Shown: in pieces, positions 1 through 9,751 of the stretch
Layout of the letters: every line of letters begins with the position of its first letter
Numbering within the stretch: position 1 is the first letter of the stretch
NCBI GenBank assembly: GCA_945901405.1
Contig: CAMDLH010000007.1
Coordinates: forward strand, 3,471-67,470
Direction of reading: 5' to 3'
Origin: Bordetella parapertussis
Lineage (GTDB): Bacteria > Pseudomonadota > Gammaproteobacteria > Burkholderiales > SG8-41
Length of the DNA: 64,000 nt
Made by a program: the position numbers and the translations under genes
Notes under the pieces: generated by a model
Databases searched by the model: none
Told to the model about the DNA's origin: nothing
What the model saw: the letters and a program-made list of their open reading frames with translations, nothing else

Positions 1-942
1 GCGGTGCTGCTCTGCCTACAGGCGGGCGCACCTGCCGCGGCGCAGGCCTATCCCGCCAAACCCATACGCATGGTCGTGCCGTTTCCCGCCGGCGCATCGA
101 GCGACGTGGTGGGCCGCATGCTGGGGCAAAAAATGTCCGAGCAACTGGGCGAACAGGTGGTTGCGGATAACCGCGCCGGCGCCGGAGGCAATCTGGGCAT
201 CGGCGTCGTGGCCAAGGCCGCGCCCGACGGCTATACGATCCTGATCGCCACCGCGAGCATCGCTGTCAGCCCCGCGCTGTACGCCAATCTCGGTCTTGAT
301 CCGGCCAAGGATCTCGCGCCGGTGGCGCGGCTCACCATCATTCCGAACATCCTGCTGGTGCATCCGTCGGTGCCGGCCAAAACCTTGCGCGAATTCATCA
401 ATCTTGCGCGCAAATCCCCCGGCAAACTCAATTTCGGTTCGGGGGGCGCGGGCACGACCAACCATCTTGCCAACGAGTTGCTCAAGCACCTTGAAAAAAT
501 CAGCATCGTGCACGTGCCGTACAAGGGTGTCACTCAGGCGATGACGGCGATGATGGGCGGCGAGGTGGACGAAGTGGTGATGCCCGTCACCACGGCAATA
601 CCGCAAGTTCGCGCCGGCAAAGTGCGCGCGCTGGCGGTGCTGTCGGAGCTACGCATACCCACGCTGCCCGAAGTGCCGACCGCCAGGGAGGCCGGCGTTA
701 ACGATTTCATCATGCCGGTGTGGTATGGCATGTTCGCGCCCGCGGCGACGCCGCGCGATATCGTGACGAGGTTGAATCGTGTGCTGGTGAAAGTACTGGA
801 GGCGCCGGACGTGCGCGAACGGCTCACCGCTCAGGGCGTTGATCCGTGGCCCGGCACGCCGGAACAACTCGGCGAACTGCTGCGCACGGACATTGCCCGC
901 TACGGCATCATCGTGCGCAGCGCGGGCTTGCCCAAACAATAA
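1..942 (+). CDS. Bug/TctC-family periplasmic solute-binding protein (5' end probably cut by window edge)
   Basis: ORF 4..942. Signal-peptide tail AAAQA is followed by family hallmarks YPAKPIRMVVPFPAGASSD, DNRAGAGG, HVPYKG and PEVPTAREAG. Confidence 0.9.
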   Translation, partial: AVLLCLQAGAPAAAQAYPAKPIRMVVPFPAGASSDVVGRMLGQKMSEQLGEQVVADNRAGAGGNLGIGVVAKAAPDGYTILIATASIAVSPALYANLGLDPAKDLAPVARLTIIPNILLVHPSVPAKTLREFINLARKSPGKLNFGSGGAGTTNHLANELLKHLEKISIVHVPYKGVTQAMTAMMGGEVDEVVMPVTTAIPQVRAGKVRALAVLSELRIPTLPEVPTAREAGVNDFIMPVWYGMFAPAATPRDIVTRLNRVLVKVLEAPDVRERLTAQGVDPWPGTPEQLGELLRTDIARYGIIVRSAGLPKQ

Positions 943-945
943 CCC

Positions 946-984
946 AAAAAAAATCCGGCGCGCGCCACTCGCCGCAACGCCGGA
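946..984 (-). terminator. Putative rho-independent terminator for the GMC dehydrogenase operon
   Basis: 7-bp stem TCCGGCG (954-960) / CGCCGGA (978-984). An A8 run at 946-953 on the + strand gives a T8 tail on the - strand, about 20 nt past the stop at 1004. The loop is large (17 nt). Confidence 0.5.
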
Positions 985-1003
985 CACAATCAGCCGGCAA
1001 TCA

Positions 1004-2770
1004 TCACACCATCGACTGGCCGGGCCGCTTCATGTAAATATCCTTGATGCCGTCGGCCGTCCAGCACGCCAGCATGCCGATAGTTTCGGTCGGCCCCACC
1101 GCCGCGTTTTGCGGATAGGCGCTGCCGCCGACCACGAACAGATTCGGCACATCCCACGATTGCAGGTGTTTGTTCACCACGCTGGTGCCGGGGTCGGCGC
1201 CCATCACCGCGCCGCCGATATTGTGCGTGCTCTGATACGGAACGATGCTGTATTTCGTCGGCACGGCGCGCGCGGCGTAGCTCGTCGGCGACATGGCTTT
1301 CGCGATTTCGACGCATTTCTCGTTCATGAACCTGAGCATTTTCTGCTCGTTCTGATGCCAATCGAATGTCATGCGAAGGAGCGGCAGACCGTTCGAATCG
1401 CGATAGGTCGGATCAAGATCGAGATAGTGCTGGCGATAGCTCTGGCACGAACCGTGGATGCCGATGCTGAACGAACGGCGGTAGTTGTGCGCAACCGCTT
1501 TTTTCCACGCTCCGCCCCAGCGCGGCGTGCCATGGGGCACGGGCTTGTTCTTGATCGGCGTGGCGCCAGCGCTGGATACCGCGATATAGGCGCTGCCCAC
1601 GAAGCCAAGTTCGGAGCGGTCGATCTCCTCGCCATTGAGATCGTCAAACTGCACGCTGGTCATGCCGCCGCCGATGAAGGGATTAAATTCGCGGTCATCG
1701 AAAAACACCTCGACCTTGCCGCCGGTCTGGTACGAATAATTGCGGCCCACCACGCCGGTGCCCGACTGCGGATCGTACGGCTTGCCGATGCCCGACAGCA
1801 GCAATAGCCGCGTGTTGTTAAAGCAATAGGTTGACAGCACCACGATGTTGGCGGGCTGTTCGACCGTGCGGCCGCGCGAATCAATGTAGGTAACGCCGGT
1901 GGCCTGCTTGCCGGTGGAATCGGTGTTGACCTTGATCACGTTGCACAGTGGGCGCATCTCGAAATTTTCTTTTTTCATCAGCGCCGGAATCACCGCGGTG
2001 AGCGGGTTGGCTTTCGCACCTTGCGCGCACGCATGGCTGCTGCAAAAACCGCCGCGCTGGCATTCGCCCATCAACACCTTATAGAGATTGGTGTAATCGC
2101 GCGTCATCGCCGCGGCCGGCCCCGGGAACGGGTGATAACCCAATTCGCGCGCCGCCTTGGCGAAAAACTCGCCTTGCGGCGTGCTGCGCGTCGGCGGATT
2201 CGGATACTCGCGCGAACGCGGGCCTTCGAATGGATTGCCGCCGGGCTGGATTTCACCGTTCAGGTTGCCGGCTTTGCCGCCCACACCGTAGATGTGCTCG
2301 AACTGATCGTAGTACGGTTCCAGTTCTTCGTAAGTCACACCCCAATCCTGACTGGTGCAATCCTCGGGAAAGAATTTCTTGCCGTGGCGCTCGGTCATGC
2401 GGCTGCGAATTTCAAAATCGTAGGGCAAAAAGCGCCGCGCGTTGCAGCCCCAGTGCGCGGCCGTGCCGCCGACGATTTCGCCGGGCTTGAACGAACCCAA
2501 TTCGCGCATCGGCAGCGCGGTCTCGCTCATGTTGTTGCGTATGGTAATGGTTTCGCGCGACAGGTTCTGGAAAATATCGCTGTGGCGGTCGTATTTCAGT
2601 TCGTCATGCGTATACGGCAGCACAAAGTCGTGCTGCGGTTCGACCATGCGCCCGCGCTCCAGGCACACCACGTTCAGGCCCGCGTTGGCGAGTTCCATGC
2701 AGATGATCGATCCGGCGACGCCGCTGCCCACCACCACCGCGTCAACTGGTTTTAATTTTGTCGTGCTCAC
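1004..2770 (-). CDS. GMC-family FAD oxidoreductase (gluconate 2-dehydrogenase flavoprotein-like large subunit)
   Basis: 588 aa. N-terminal Rossmann motif VVVGSGVAGS and GMC-like length and C-terminus. GTG start lies 1 nt after the stop of the upstream subunit-3 gene. Confidence 0.85.
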   Translation of the reverse strand: MSTTKLKPVDAVVVGSGVAGSIICMELANAGLNVVCLERGRMVEPQHDFVLPYTHDELKYDRHSDIFQNLSRETITIRNNMSETALPMRELGSFKPGEIVGGTAAHWGCNARRFLPYDFEIRSRMTERHGKKFFPEDCTSQDWGVTYEELEPYYDQFEHIYGVGGKAGNLNGEIQPGGNPFEGPRSREYPNPPTRSTPQGEFFAKAARELGYHPFPGPAAAMTRDYTNLYKVLMGECQRGGFCSSHACAQGAKANPLTAVIPALMKKENFEMRPLCNVIKVNTDSTGKQATGVTYIDSRGRTVEQPANIVVLSTYCFNNTRLLLLSGIGKPYDPQSGTGVVGRNYSYQTGGKVEVFFDDREFNPFIGGGMTSVQFDDLNGEEIDRSELGFVGSAYIAVSSAGATPIKNKPVPHGTPRWGGAWKKAVAHNYRRSFSIGIHGSCQSYRQHYLDLDPTYRDSNGLPLLRMTFDWHQNEQKMLRFMNEKCVEIAKAMSPTSYAARAVPTKYSIVPYQSTHNIGGAVMGADPGTSVVNKHLQSWDVPNLFVVGGSAYPQNAAVGPTETIGMLACWTADGIKDIYMKRPGQSMV

Positions 2771-2771
2771 G

Positions 2772-3440
2772 TTATTTTCCCCCGGTCGATTTAATGGGTT
2801 TGATCATGATGTGCTTCGCATAGCCTTGCGCGTCCACCTGCGCCTTCTTCGTCTCGATGTCGAGTATGCTCACCGGCTCCGCGCGATAGATTTCCGGATT
2901 GTCGATGTGCGCGTTGTAAGCACCCGATGCAACGCCGGGGAAGCCAAGCAGCTTCCAGCCCACCTTGTCGCGGTTGCCGCCATAGACTGGGTCGGCAAAA
3001 AATCCTTCCTCGGTGTTGCGCCACAAAATATCGAAAAAAAGTTTGCTCGACAGCGAGGGCAGATCGAGCTTGCCGTGTTCGAGCGCCTGCAAAACTTCGT
3101 CGCGCTGCTCGCCCGTCAGGAATTCAAAATATTTGCCGTATTGCTTGTTGCAATACTGGTTGGTGTCGCGGATGCCGGCGCGATAAATCTCCTGCGGTAT
3201 CAGCCGCGACTGGAACCCCTGCTGCGGCGTGCCTTCCAGCCACGGGCCGGAGCGGTAATTGCGGCCATGTGTGCCCCAGACACTGCACAACTGACGGTCG
3301 ATGTAATAAGTGACATCGGCGTCTTTCGCGCCAGGCCCGAGTTCATCTGCCGGAATCAGGCGCTCAACCGCCGCATCAAGAAAGCGTACCTCCTGTGGCG
3401 TCAAATAACCGTACGCGTGTGGAACAGCGGAATCTCCCAT
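2772..3440 (-). CDS. Gluconate 2-dehydrogenase subunit 3 family protein
   Basis: 222 aa. N-terminus YLTPQEVRFLDAAVERLIPADELGPGA is typical of the small subunit family. Tightly coupled to the GMC gene. Confidence 0.8.
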   Translation of the reverse strand: MGDSAVPHAYGYLTPQEVRFLDAAVERLIPADELGPGAKDADVTYYIDRQLCSVWGTHGRNYRSGPWLEGTPQQGFQSRLIPQEIYRAGIRDTNQYCNKQYGKYFEFLTGEQRDEVLQALEHGKLDLPSLSSKLFFDILWRNTEEGFFADPVYGGNRDKVGWKLLGFPGVASGAYNAHIDNPEIYRAEPVSILDIETKKAQVDAQGYAKHIMIKPIKSTGGK

Positions 3441-3616
3441 CCTCGTGTCTCCCCGAATTTGGATAACAGCGGCAGCCTACAACCAAGGCGCCGTGGTCGA
3501 CGCCCGCTCCGCAGAGTTTGCATTATAGCGGCCAACGACGTTTGCGGGCACGCACCGGGCTAATCGCGATCACGAGATGAACTCTACGCGTCCCGGCGGA
3601 GGGGGCGGCTACAAAC

Positions 3617-4594
3617 CTACTGCAACGCAAGTCCGGCGGCTTTCACCACTTGCGCCCAGCGTTTGGTCTCCGCCTGAATGAACGCGGCAAAGTCTTCACG
3701 GGTCGTCGGTGCGGCCTCGATCACCATTTCGGTCATGCGTTGCTGCACGTCTGCCGCCAGCAATACCTTGCTTAGATCCGCGTGTACTTTGGCCAGTAAC
3801 GGCGCCGGCGTTCCAGTGGGCACGCATACGCCGTACCACGACGTCACCTCAAAGCCCTTCATCCCTGACTCGTCCATGGTCGGCGTCGACGGCAATTGCG
3901 ATGCGCGCTTGAGGCTCGTCACTGCCAGTGCGCGCGCGCGGCCGCTCTGCACCGGCGGCAACAACGCCGGTATGTTGGATATGGCCACCGGAACCTGCCC
4001 GCCTATCAGATCGGACACCGCTTGCGGCGCGCCCTTGTAGGCAATGTGCACTACGTCGATCTTGGCCATGGTCTTGAACAGCTCCATGCCCAGATGAGGC
4101 GAGGTGCCCGCGGCGGACGAACCGTAGCTCAGTTTGCCGGGGTTGGCCCTGGCATGTGCGATGAATTCCGCGACAGTGGCCGCGGGCAGCGAAGGATGCA
4201 CGATCAGCACGCTGGCGGTGGTGCCAATGCGTGTGATGGGCGCGAAATCACGCGGCGGATCGTAGGCCAACTTCGCATACAGCGACGCGGCAATCGCGTT
4301 TGACGCGATGTTGCATTGAAACAAGGTGTAACCATCAGGCGCGGCCCGTGCCGCAAGCGCGGCGCCGACGGTGCCGCCGGCGCCCGAACGGTTATCCACC
4401 ACCACTTGCTGGCCCCATATCCTGCTTAAACGGTCCGCCATCAAGCGGCCCACGATGTCGGGCGAAGCGCCCGCCGGGAATGGCACGATATAGCGCACGG
4501 GCTTCACCGGGTACGCTTGAGCAAACGACAGGCCAGGGCAACAGAAATACGCCAGCGCCATGGCGGCCGCAAGCAGCGGTGTTATCTTCGGCAT
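3617..4594 (-). CDS. Bug/TctC-family solute-binding protein
   Basis: 325 aa. Signal peptide ends FAQA, then YPVKPVRYIVPFPAGASPD, DNRSGAGG and IAYKGAPQA. Confidence 0.9.
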   Translation of the reverse strand: MPKITPLLAAAMALAYFCCPGLSFAQAYPVKPVRYIVPFPAGASPDIVGRLMADRLSRIWGQQVVVDNRSGAGGTVGAALAARAAPDGYTLFQCNIASNAIAASLYAKLAYDPPRDFAPITRIGTTASVLIVHPSLPAATVAEFIAHARANPGKLSYGSSAAGTSPHLGMELFKTMAKIDVVHIAYKGAPQAVSDLIGGQVPVAISNIPALLPPVQSGRARALAVTSLKRASQLPSTPTMDESGMKGFEVTSWYGVCVPTGTPAPLLAKVHADLSKVLLAADVQQRMTEMVIEAAPTTREDFAAFIQAETKRWAQVVKAAGLALQ

Positions 4595-4637
4595 TGCACT
4601 CCCCGCACAACAAGTCTGAAAATTACAAAAGCGCCGC

Positions 4638-5423
4638 TCACTTGCCTTTAAAAAAATGCAGCACGGTATCCGCGAACAATTGCGGCGTCTCCACGTTCAT
4701 GAAATGCCCGGTATCGGCCAGCAAATACGTGGCACCCGTGATCGCATTGGCGACCTGCCGTGCTTTCGCGGGTGGGCGCTGGGTGTCGTGCATGGCGCCG
4801 ATCACCAGCGTGGGCACCTTGATTTTCGCGTATTCGGGCGTGAGATCGACAGTGTGCATCATGCGCGCCTGCGCCGCGAACGAGGCCGGCGTGTTGCAAA
4901 CCCAGCGCGACTGGTAGCGCTTGAAACGTTCGCGATCCAGTGCGCGCAAATTCTCCGGGTACGAGCGGTCGTGGCTCGCCTACATCGCGGCGCGTATGCC
5001 TTCGCGCTCGACCAGCACGGCGCGCTCCAGGCTTCCCGGGCCACGCGCGGCGTTGGGGCCGATGCTGGGACTGGCCAGCACGAGCTTCGCCACGCGACCG
5101 GGGTGGCGTGCGGCAAACCCCACGGAAAAATCGCCGCCCATCGCGCAGCCCGCCACGTAGACCGGCGCGGTGATTTGCAGCGCATCCAGCAGCGCCGCCA
5201 AATCCGCCACCACGCCCTCGAAGCTCAACTCGCGCACCTTCTCGGAAAATCCAAAACCGCGCTGGTCGTAACGCAGCACGCGAAATTCTTTTTCCAGCGC
5301 CGGCAGTGCGTCGGCATAACTCTCGATGCACCCGCCTGCTTCGTGCACCAGCACCAGTGTGTCTTTCCCGGCGCCGCTCAATTCGTAACGCAGACTGGCG
5401 CCATTCGCTTCGATCCAGGGCAT
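4638..5423 (-). pseudogene. Alpha/beta hydrolase (3-oxoadipate enol-lactonase-like) interrupted by an in-frame TAG at 4980-4982
   Basis: ORFs 4980..5423 (N-terminal half, nucleophile elbow GCAMGG) and 4638..4949 (C-terminal half, PTLVIGAMHD...TGHF) are in the same frame. They are separated only by one amber codon; read-through gives ...GIRAAM*ASHDRSYPENLRALD... Confidence 0.75.
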
Positions 5424-5447
5424 TGCTGTTCTCCTTTGATTCCATGG

Positions 5448-6422
5448 TTAATTCGCCTGGACGCCGGCTTCGCGCACCACGCGGCTCCATTTCTCGACTT
5501 CGCCGGCAACCAACGCGCCAAATGCTTCAGGCGTCGTCGCCACCACGTCGGTGCCGGTATTCGCAAACGCCTGCCGCACCTCGGCGGATTGTAATGCCTT
5601 GGTGATATCCGCGTGCAGCCGGTTGACGATGGGGCGCGGCATGCCCTTCGGCCCCGCGATGCCCAGCCATGTGGTCGCGGCGTAACCCGGCACGCCCGCC
5701 TCGGCGATGCTCGGCACATCGGGCGCTTGCGGCGAGCGTCTGGCGCTGGTCACCGCCAGCATGCGCAAGCGTCCGGCCTTGTGGTGCGGCAGCGAAATCG
5801 CGATGCCCGGAAAACCAACTTTCACTTGTCCGCCGAGTAAATCCGCCGTCGCGGGCCCGCTGCCTTTGTATGGGATATGCACCATGTTCACACCCGCCAT
5901 GGACGTGAACATCACGCCGTACAGATGCTGTGCGCCGCCAGAGCCGGATGACGCCCAATCGATTTTGCCGGGCTGCGATTTCGCGAGTGCGATCAAATCC
6001 TGCACCGATTTCACCGGCAGCGAGGTATGCGTCACCAGCGTATTGGGCGCGGAGCCAAACTGCATCACCGGAGTGAAATCCCTCACCGGGTGATACGGCA
6101 GTTTGCGATACAGACCCACGCTGATCGCAAACGGCGTCGCCGTCATCAGTATGGTGTAGCCGTCTGGTTGAGCAGTGGCCACGGTCTCGGTGCCGACTAC
6201 TCCGCCCGCGCCGGGGCGGTTGTCCACCACAATTTGTTGCCCCAGCGACTCGGACAATTTCTGCGCGACAATGCGCCCCGGCACATCGGTGGCGCCCCCC
6301 GCCGAAAACGGCACGACCATGCGGATCGGACGTGTTGGATAGTCCTGCGCCTGTGCGTGCGCGACCGCGGCCATCGCAGCACATGCAAACCAGCAAGAAC
6401 AAGATTTGAATGTAATGTTCAT
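5448..6422 (-). CDS. Bug/TctC-family solute-binding protein
   Basis: 324 aa. Signal peptide AHAQAQ, then YPTRPIRMVVPFSAGGATD, DNRPGAGG and IPYKGSGPA. Confidence 0.9.
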   Translation of the reverse strand: MNITFKSCSCWFACAAMAAVAHAQAQDYPTRPIRMVVPFSAGGATDVPGRIVAQKLSESLGQQIVVDNRPGAGGVVGTETVATAQPDGYTILMTATPFAISVGLYRKLPYHPVRDFTPVMQFGSAPNTLVTHTSLPVKSVQDLIALAKSQPGKIDWASSGSGGAQHLYGVMFTSMAGVNMVHIPYKGSGPATADLLGGQVKVGFPGIAISLPHHKAGRLRMLAVTSARRSPQAPDVPSIAEAGVPGYAATTWLGIAGPKGMPRPIVNRLHADITKALQSAEVRQAFANTGTDVVATTPEAFGALVAGEVEKWSRVVREAGVQAN

Positions 6423-6456
6423 CGTAATCCGCCGTTGAAATTCATGCCAAGCCGCG

Positions 6457-7392
6457 TCAATACACGCGGCTCACGCGAAACCCCTGGCTCTCCAGTAACG
6501 CGAGCACGCTGCGCTCGCCGTACAGATGCAGCGCGCCGATGGCGACGAACGCTCGCCCGGCTTTCAGTTGCGGCTGCATGCGCTCCGCCATGCGCGTGTT
6601 GCGCTCATCGAGCGCGTGTTTTTTCAGGCGCTCGTTCATCTGCTTCATTTGCGCGTCGGCGCCGTCGTCCTCGTCGGCGATGCGCGCGACCGCGGCAAGG
6701 TCGCGCGCGATATAGGCATCGACCATGCGCCGCATGGCGTCCTGCATGCGACCGCGTTGTTCAAGCGTGTAGCGCAGCATCAGCACCTGGTCGGATTCCG
6801 GCATGTTCTCGAACACGCCGACTTGCTCCTCGACGCTTTCAAGTTGATGCACTTTCAAGCCCCGCTCACGCGCGATGCCGTGCAACACGTTGTCGAGCAC
6901 GCCGGCCGGATCTTGTTGCGGCATCAGCAGCATCAGCGTGACTGCCCACGGCTTCATCAGCGGCATCACCTGCGCGGGCATGCCGAGCTTGCCCACGATC
7001 GCGGCGGCTTTTTCAAAAAGCGCCGGGCCGGCAACTTGCGCCAGATTGCGGCCATCGGTGTAGAACATGCGCCCCGCCAACTGCTGCACGTTGGCGGGCT
7101 CGAAGGTCAGCTCCATGGTGAAGCTCGATGACGCGTTCAACGCCGCGCGCACGGGCGCGGGCAGCGTGGTGACGCGCGCATCGGCCAGATGCACGGTGCC
7201 GAAGATGTGGCTGGGTTCGATGCCGGGCGCTTCGATTTTCCACAGCAACCCTTGCGCGTAACGATCGGTTTGCCGGGCAACGGCGTGCTGCAATGGCGCA
7301 AGGCACAAGCACAGCAACAGCCCCAGCCACCAGCGCGTGCCGCGCCGCATCTCGCACACCAAGCGTGCTTGCCTCATAATTCGGGCCTCCAA
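6457..7392 (-). CDS. TraB/GumN family protein
   Basis: 311 aa. Motifs GTVHLAD and AIGALHLYGERSVLALLESQGFRV are typical of TraB/GumN. The start may be the internal Met at 7377. Confidence 0.75.
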   Translation of the reverse strand: MEARIMRQARLVCEMRRGTRWWLGLLLCLCLAPLQHAVARQTDRYAQGLLWKIEAPGIEPSHIFGTVHLADARVTTLPAPVRAALNASSSFTMELTFEPANVQQLAGRMFYTDGRNLAQVAGPALFEKAAAIVGKLGMPAQVMPLMKPWAVTLMLLMPQQDPAGVLDNVLHGIARERGLKVHQLESVEEQVGVFENMPESDQVLMLRYTLEQRGRMQDAMRRMVDAYIARDLAAVARIADEDDGADAQMKQMNERLKKHALDERNTRMAERMQPQLKAGRAFVAIGALHLYGERSVLALLESQGFRVSRVY

Positions 7393-7419
7393 AAGCCATA
7401 ATCATAAGCCCTGCACGTC

Positions 7420-8289
7420 ATGAAACCCAGCCGCTCCGAATTCCATGTCATCCGCAATGTCAGCCACCATGTGCGTGTGTGGGGTGAACCCGGCCACCCT
7501 AAACTATTCCTGCTGCACGGCTGGATGGATGTCTCGGCATCGTTCCAGTTCCTGATCGATGCGTTCAAGCACGACTGGTGCGTGATCGCGCCCGACTGGC
7601 GCGGCTTTGGATTGAGTGGCTGGGCGAAAGAAGGTTACTGGTTCCAGGATTACTACGCCGATCTCGACACGTTGCTCGATCTGTATTCGCCCAACGAAGC
7701 CGCGTCCGTGGTGGGACACAGCATGGGTGGCAACATCGCGTGCACGTATGCGGGCATACGCCCCAAGCGCGTACGTAAACTGGTTTCGCTCGAAGGCTTC
7801 GGCATGGGGCGCTCAAGTGCGGACATGGCGCCGGGGCGCTACGAACGCTGGCTCGATGAACTGAAGGATCAGCCTTCGTTTCGCCCCTACGCGACATTCG
7901 ACGCGGTGGCCGCGCGGCTGATGAAAAACAACAAGCGGCTCACGCGCGACAAGGCGGATTTTCTGGCGCGGCACTGGGCGCGCCAGACCGGCGGCGGAGA
8001 AATCGTGCTCAACTTCGATCCGCGGCACAAGAGCGTGAATCCGGTGTTAAGCCGGCTTGAAGAGCTGATCGAATGCTGGAAGCGCGTTACCTGCCCCACG
8101 CTGTGGGTGGTGACCAACGAGATCGATCCGCGCGGCTGGCGCAAGGATACGCCGGCGCAATTCAGTGAACGGAAAAATGCGTTTCGCGATTTTCGCGAAG
8201 TGCTGCTCGAAGACAGCGGACACATGATGCATCACGACCAGCCGCAACGGCTGGCCGCGATCATCGAGGATTTCGTGCGGCAGGACTAA
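7420..8289 (+). CDS. Alpha/beta hydrolase
   Basis: 289 aa. HGWMD oxyanion region, nucleophile elbow GHSMGG and C-terminal DSGHMMHHDQP. Confidence 0.85.
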   Translation: MKPSRSEFHVIRNVSHHVRVWGEPGHPKLFLLHGWMDVSASFQFLIDAFKHDWCVIAPDWRGFGLSGWAKEGYWFQDYYADLDTLLDLYSPNEAASVVGHSMGGNIACTYAGIRPKRVRKLVSLEGFGMGRSSADMAPGRYERWLDELKDQPSFRPYATFDAVAARLMKNNKRLTRDKADFLARHWARQTGGGEIVLNFDPRHKSVNPVLSRLEELIECWKRVTCPTLWVVTNEIDPRGWRKDTPAQFSERKNAFRDFREVLLEDSGHMMHHDQPQRLAAIIEDFVRQD

Positions 8290-8292
8290 GGA

Positions 8293-8457
8293 TTACTCTA
8301 CAAAAATATTGGGAAACGCAAAACCGCCCGTAAACAGCATGACGACAACCTTGCCCAGCCAAAAGATTTTTTCGGCGCCGCTCATTTGGGCAAAAGGCGT
8401 GCCGGTAATGGACGAGGGAGACGCAGCTTGCTGTTGTGCTTGATTGGCATCGGCCAT
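8293..8457 (-). CDS. Small (54 aa) single-pass membrane protein, unknown function
   Basis: ATG at 8457 is preceded by AAGGAAA. C-terminal hydrophobic helix FWLGKVVVMLFTGGFAF. The longer 85-aa ORF version lacks an RBS. Confidence 0.5.
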   Translation of the reverse strand: MADANQAQQQAASPSSITGTPFAQMSGAEKIFWLGKVVVMLFTGGFAFPNIFVE

Positions 8458-8642
8458 GGTGATTTCCTTTGAGGGTTGGTAGTGGAAACACCACGCGCCG
8501 CGATTGAACCAGAACAGCGACTGCCCCGATGCGTGTCCGCTATTGGACACGCCGCGCTAATGAATCCCGGGAACATTGTGGGCGCACGTGCTTACCAATT
8601 ACTTACCACGTGGCGAAACTGCGTGGCAAATCTGGCGTATGT

Positions 8643-8662
8643 ATAAGTATATGTTTTTATTA
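8643..8662 (+). promoter_or_regulatory. AT-rich 20-mer motif instance (ATAAGTATATGTTTTTATTA)
   Basis: About 108 nt upstream of the Bug start at 8771, in sense orientation. A half-site (ggtaagtaattgg, - strand, 8594-8610) faces the divergent small membrane-protein gene. Confidence 0.45.
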
Positions 8663-8770
8663 AGTTTTTTAGCATTCCAATAATGTGGCTTATTGACCGG
8701 ATCAAGAGAACCCGCAATACTGCGACCGCAATCGTTGCCATTTCAAAAACGACAATTCTGGAGGAGTCTC

Positions 8771-9739
8771 ATGAAGCACCCAGCACTATTCCTATACGTG
8801 GCAGCGGCGCTCGCCGTAACCGCCAGCGCGCAGGCGCAGAATTTTCCCGACAGGCCGATACGCTTTTTAGTGAACTTTCCGCCCGGCGGTTCGACTGACT
8901 TTTCCGCGCGCTTTCTCGCGCAGCATTTGACCGCGGCGTTCGGCCAGACAATCGTCGTCGATAACCGCGGCGGCGGCGGCGGCAACATCGGCATCGACAT
9001 CGTGGCCAAGGCCGCACCCGACGGCTACACCTATCTGCTCTCGGCCGAAGGCCCGGTCACCATCAACCCCAGCGTCTATGCCGCGCTGCCGTTTAACGCC
9101 CTGCGCGATATTCCCGCCGTCACGCAGGTCATCAAATACGCCAACATCGTGACGGTGCATCCGTCGATACAGGTGAATTCGGTGAAAGACCTGATCGCGC
9201 GCGCGAAGTCGCAGCCTGGCAAGCTGCGCTACTCGCATCCGGGCGTGGGCACCGGCAACCACCTGGCGGTGGAACTGTTCAAGATGATGACCGGCGTGGA
9301 CATCATCAGCGTGCCCTACAAGGGCGGCGGCCCCGCGCTGGTGGCGCTGGTCGGCAACGAGACCCAGTTGTCATTCGCCACGCCGCCCTCGGCGTTGCCG
9401 CACGTGAAAGCCGGCCGGCTGAAGGCGGTGGCGCAGACCAGCGCCAAGCGTTCGGCGGCGCTGTCCGATTTGCCGACGGTGGCGGAGAGCGGCGTGCCCG
9501 GATTCGCGGTCGACGGCTGGGTCGGCATGTACGGCACCGCCAAGACACCGCCGGCCATCATCGACCGCATGCACGCCGAGGTGGTGAAAGTCCTGCGCCG
9601 TCCAGACATCAATGAACTGGTGCTCGCGGGCGGTTCCGAGACCGTGGGCAACCCGGTTGAAGAAGCGCGCAAGATCGTGCGCGAGGAAACGGCGATGTGG
9701 GCCAAGGTGGTCAAATCCAACGGCATCAAGGTCGAGTAA
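8771..9739 (+). CDS. Bug/TctC-family solute-binding protein
   Basis: ATG 8771 follows GGAGGAG. Signal peptide ASAQAQ, then FPDRPIRFLVNFPPGGSTD, DNRGGGGG and VPYKGGGPA. Confidence 0.9.
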   Translation: MKHPALFLYVAAALAVTASAQAQNFPDRPIRFLVNFPPGGSTDFSARFLAQHLTAAFGQTIVVDNRGGGGGNIGIDIVAKAAPDGYTYLLSAEGPVTINPSVYAALPFNALRDIPAVTQVIKYANIVTVHPSIQVNSVKDLIARAKSQPGKLRYSHPGVGTGNHLAVELFKMMTGVDIISVPYKGGGPALVALVGNETQLSFATPPSALPHVKAGRLKAVAQTSAKRSAALSDLPTVAESGVPGFAVDGWVGMYGTAKTPPAIIDRMHAEVVKVLRRPDINELVLAGGSETVGNPVEEARKIVREETAMWAKVVKSNGIKVE

Positions 9740-9751
9740 ACCAGGACTGTT

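Noticed and set aside
8643-8675. The AT-rich motif looks like a miniature spliceosomal intron: GTAAGT, then a T-rich tract, then TAG (also at 24125-24164 on the - strand).
   Set aside because: The genome is bacterial. Several copies lack the GT or the AG, and most are intergenic. The resemblance is a by-product of AT-rich composition.
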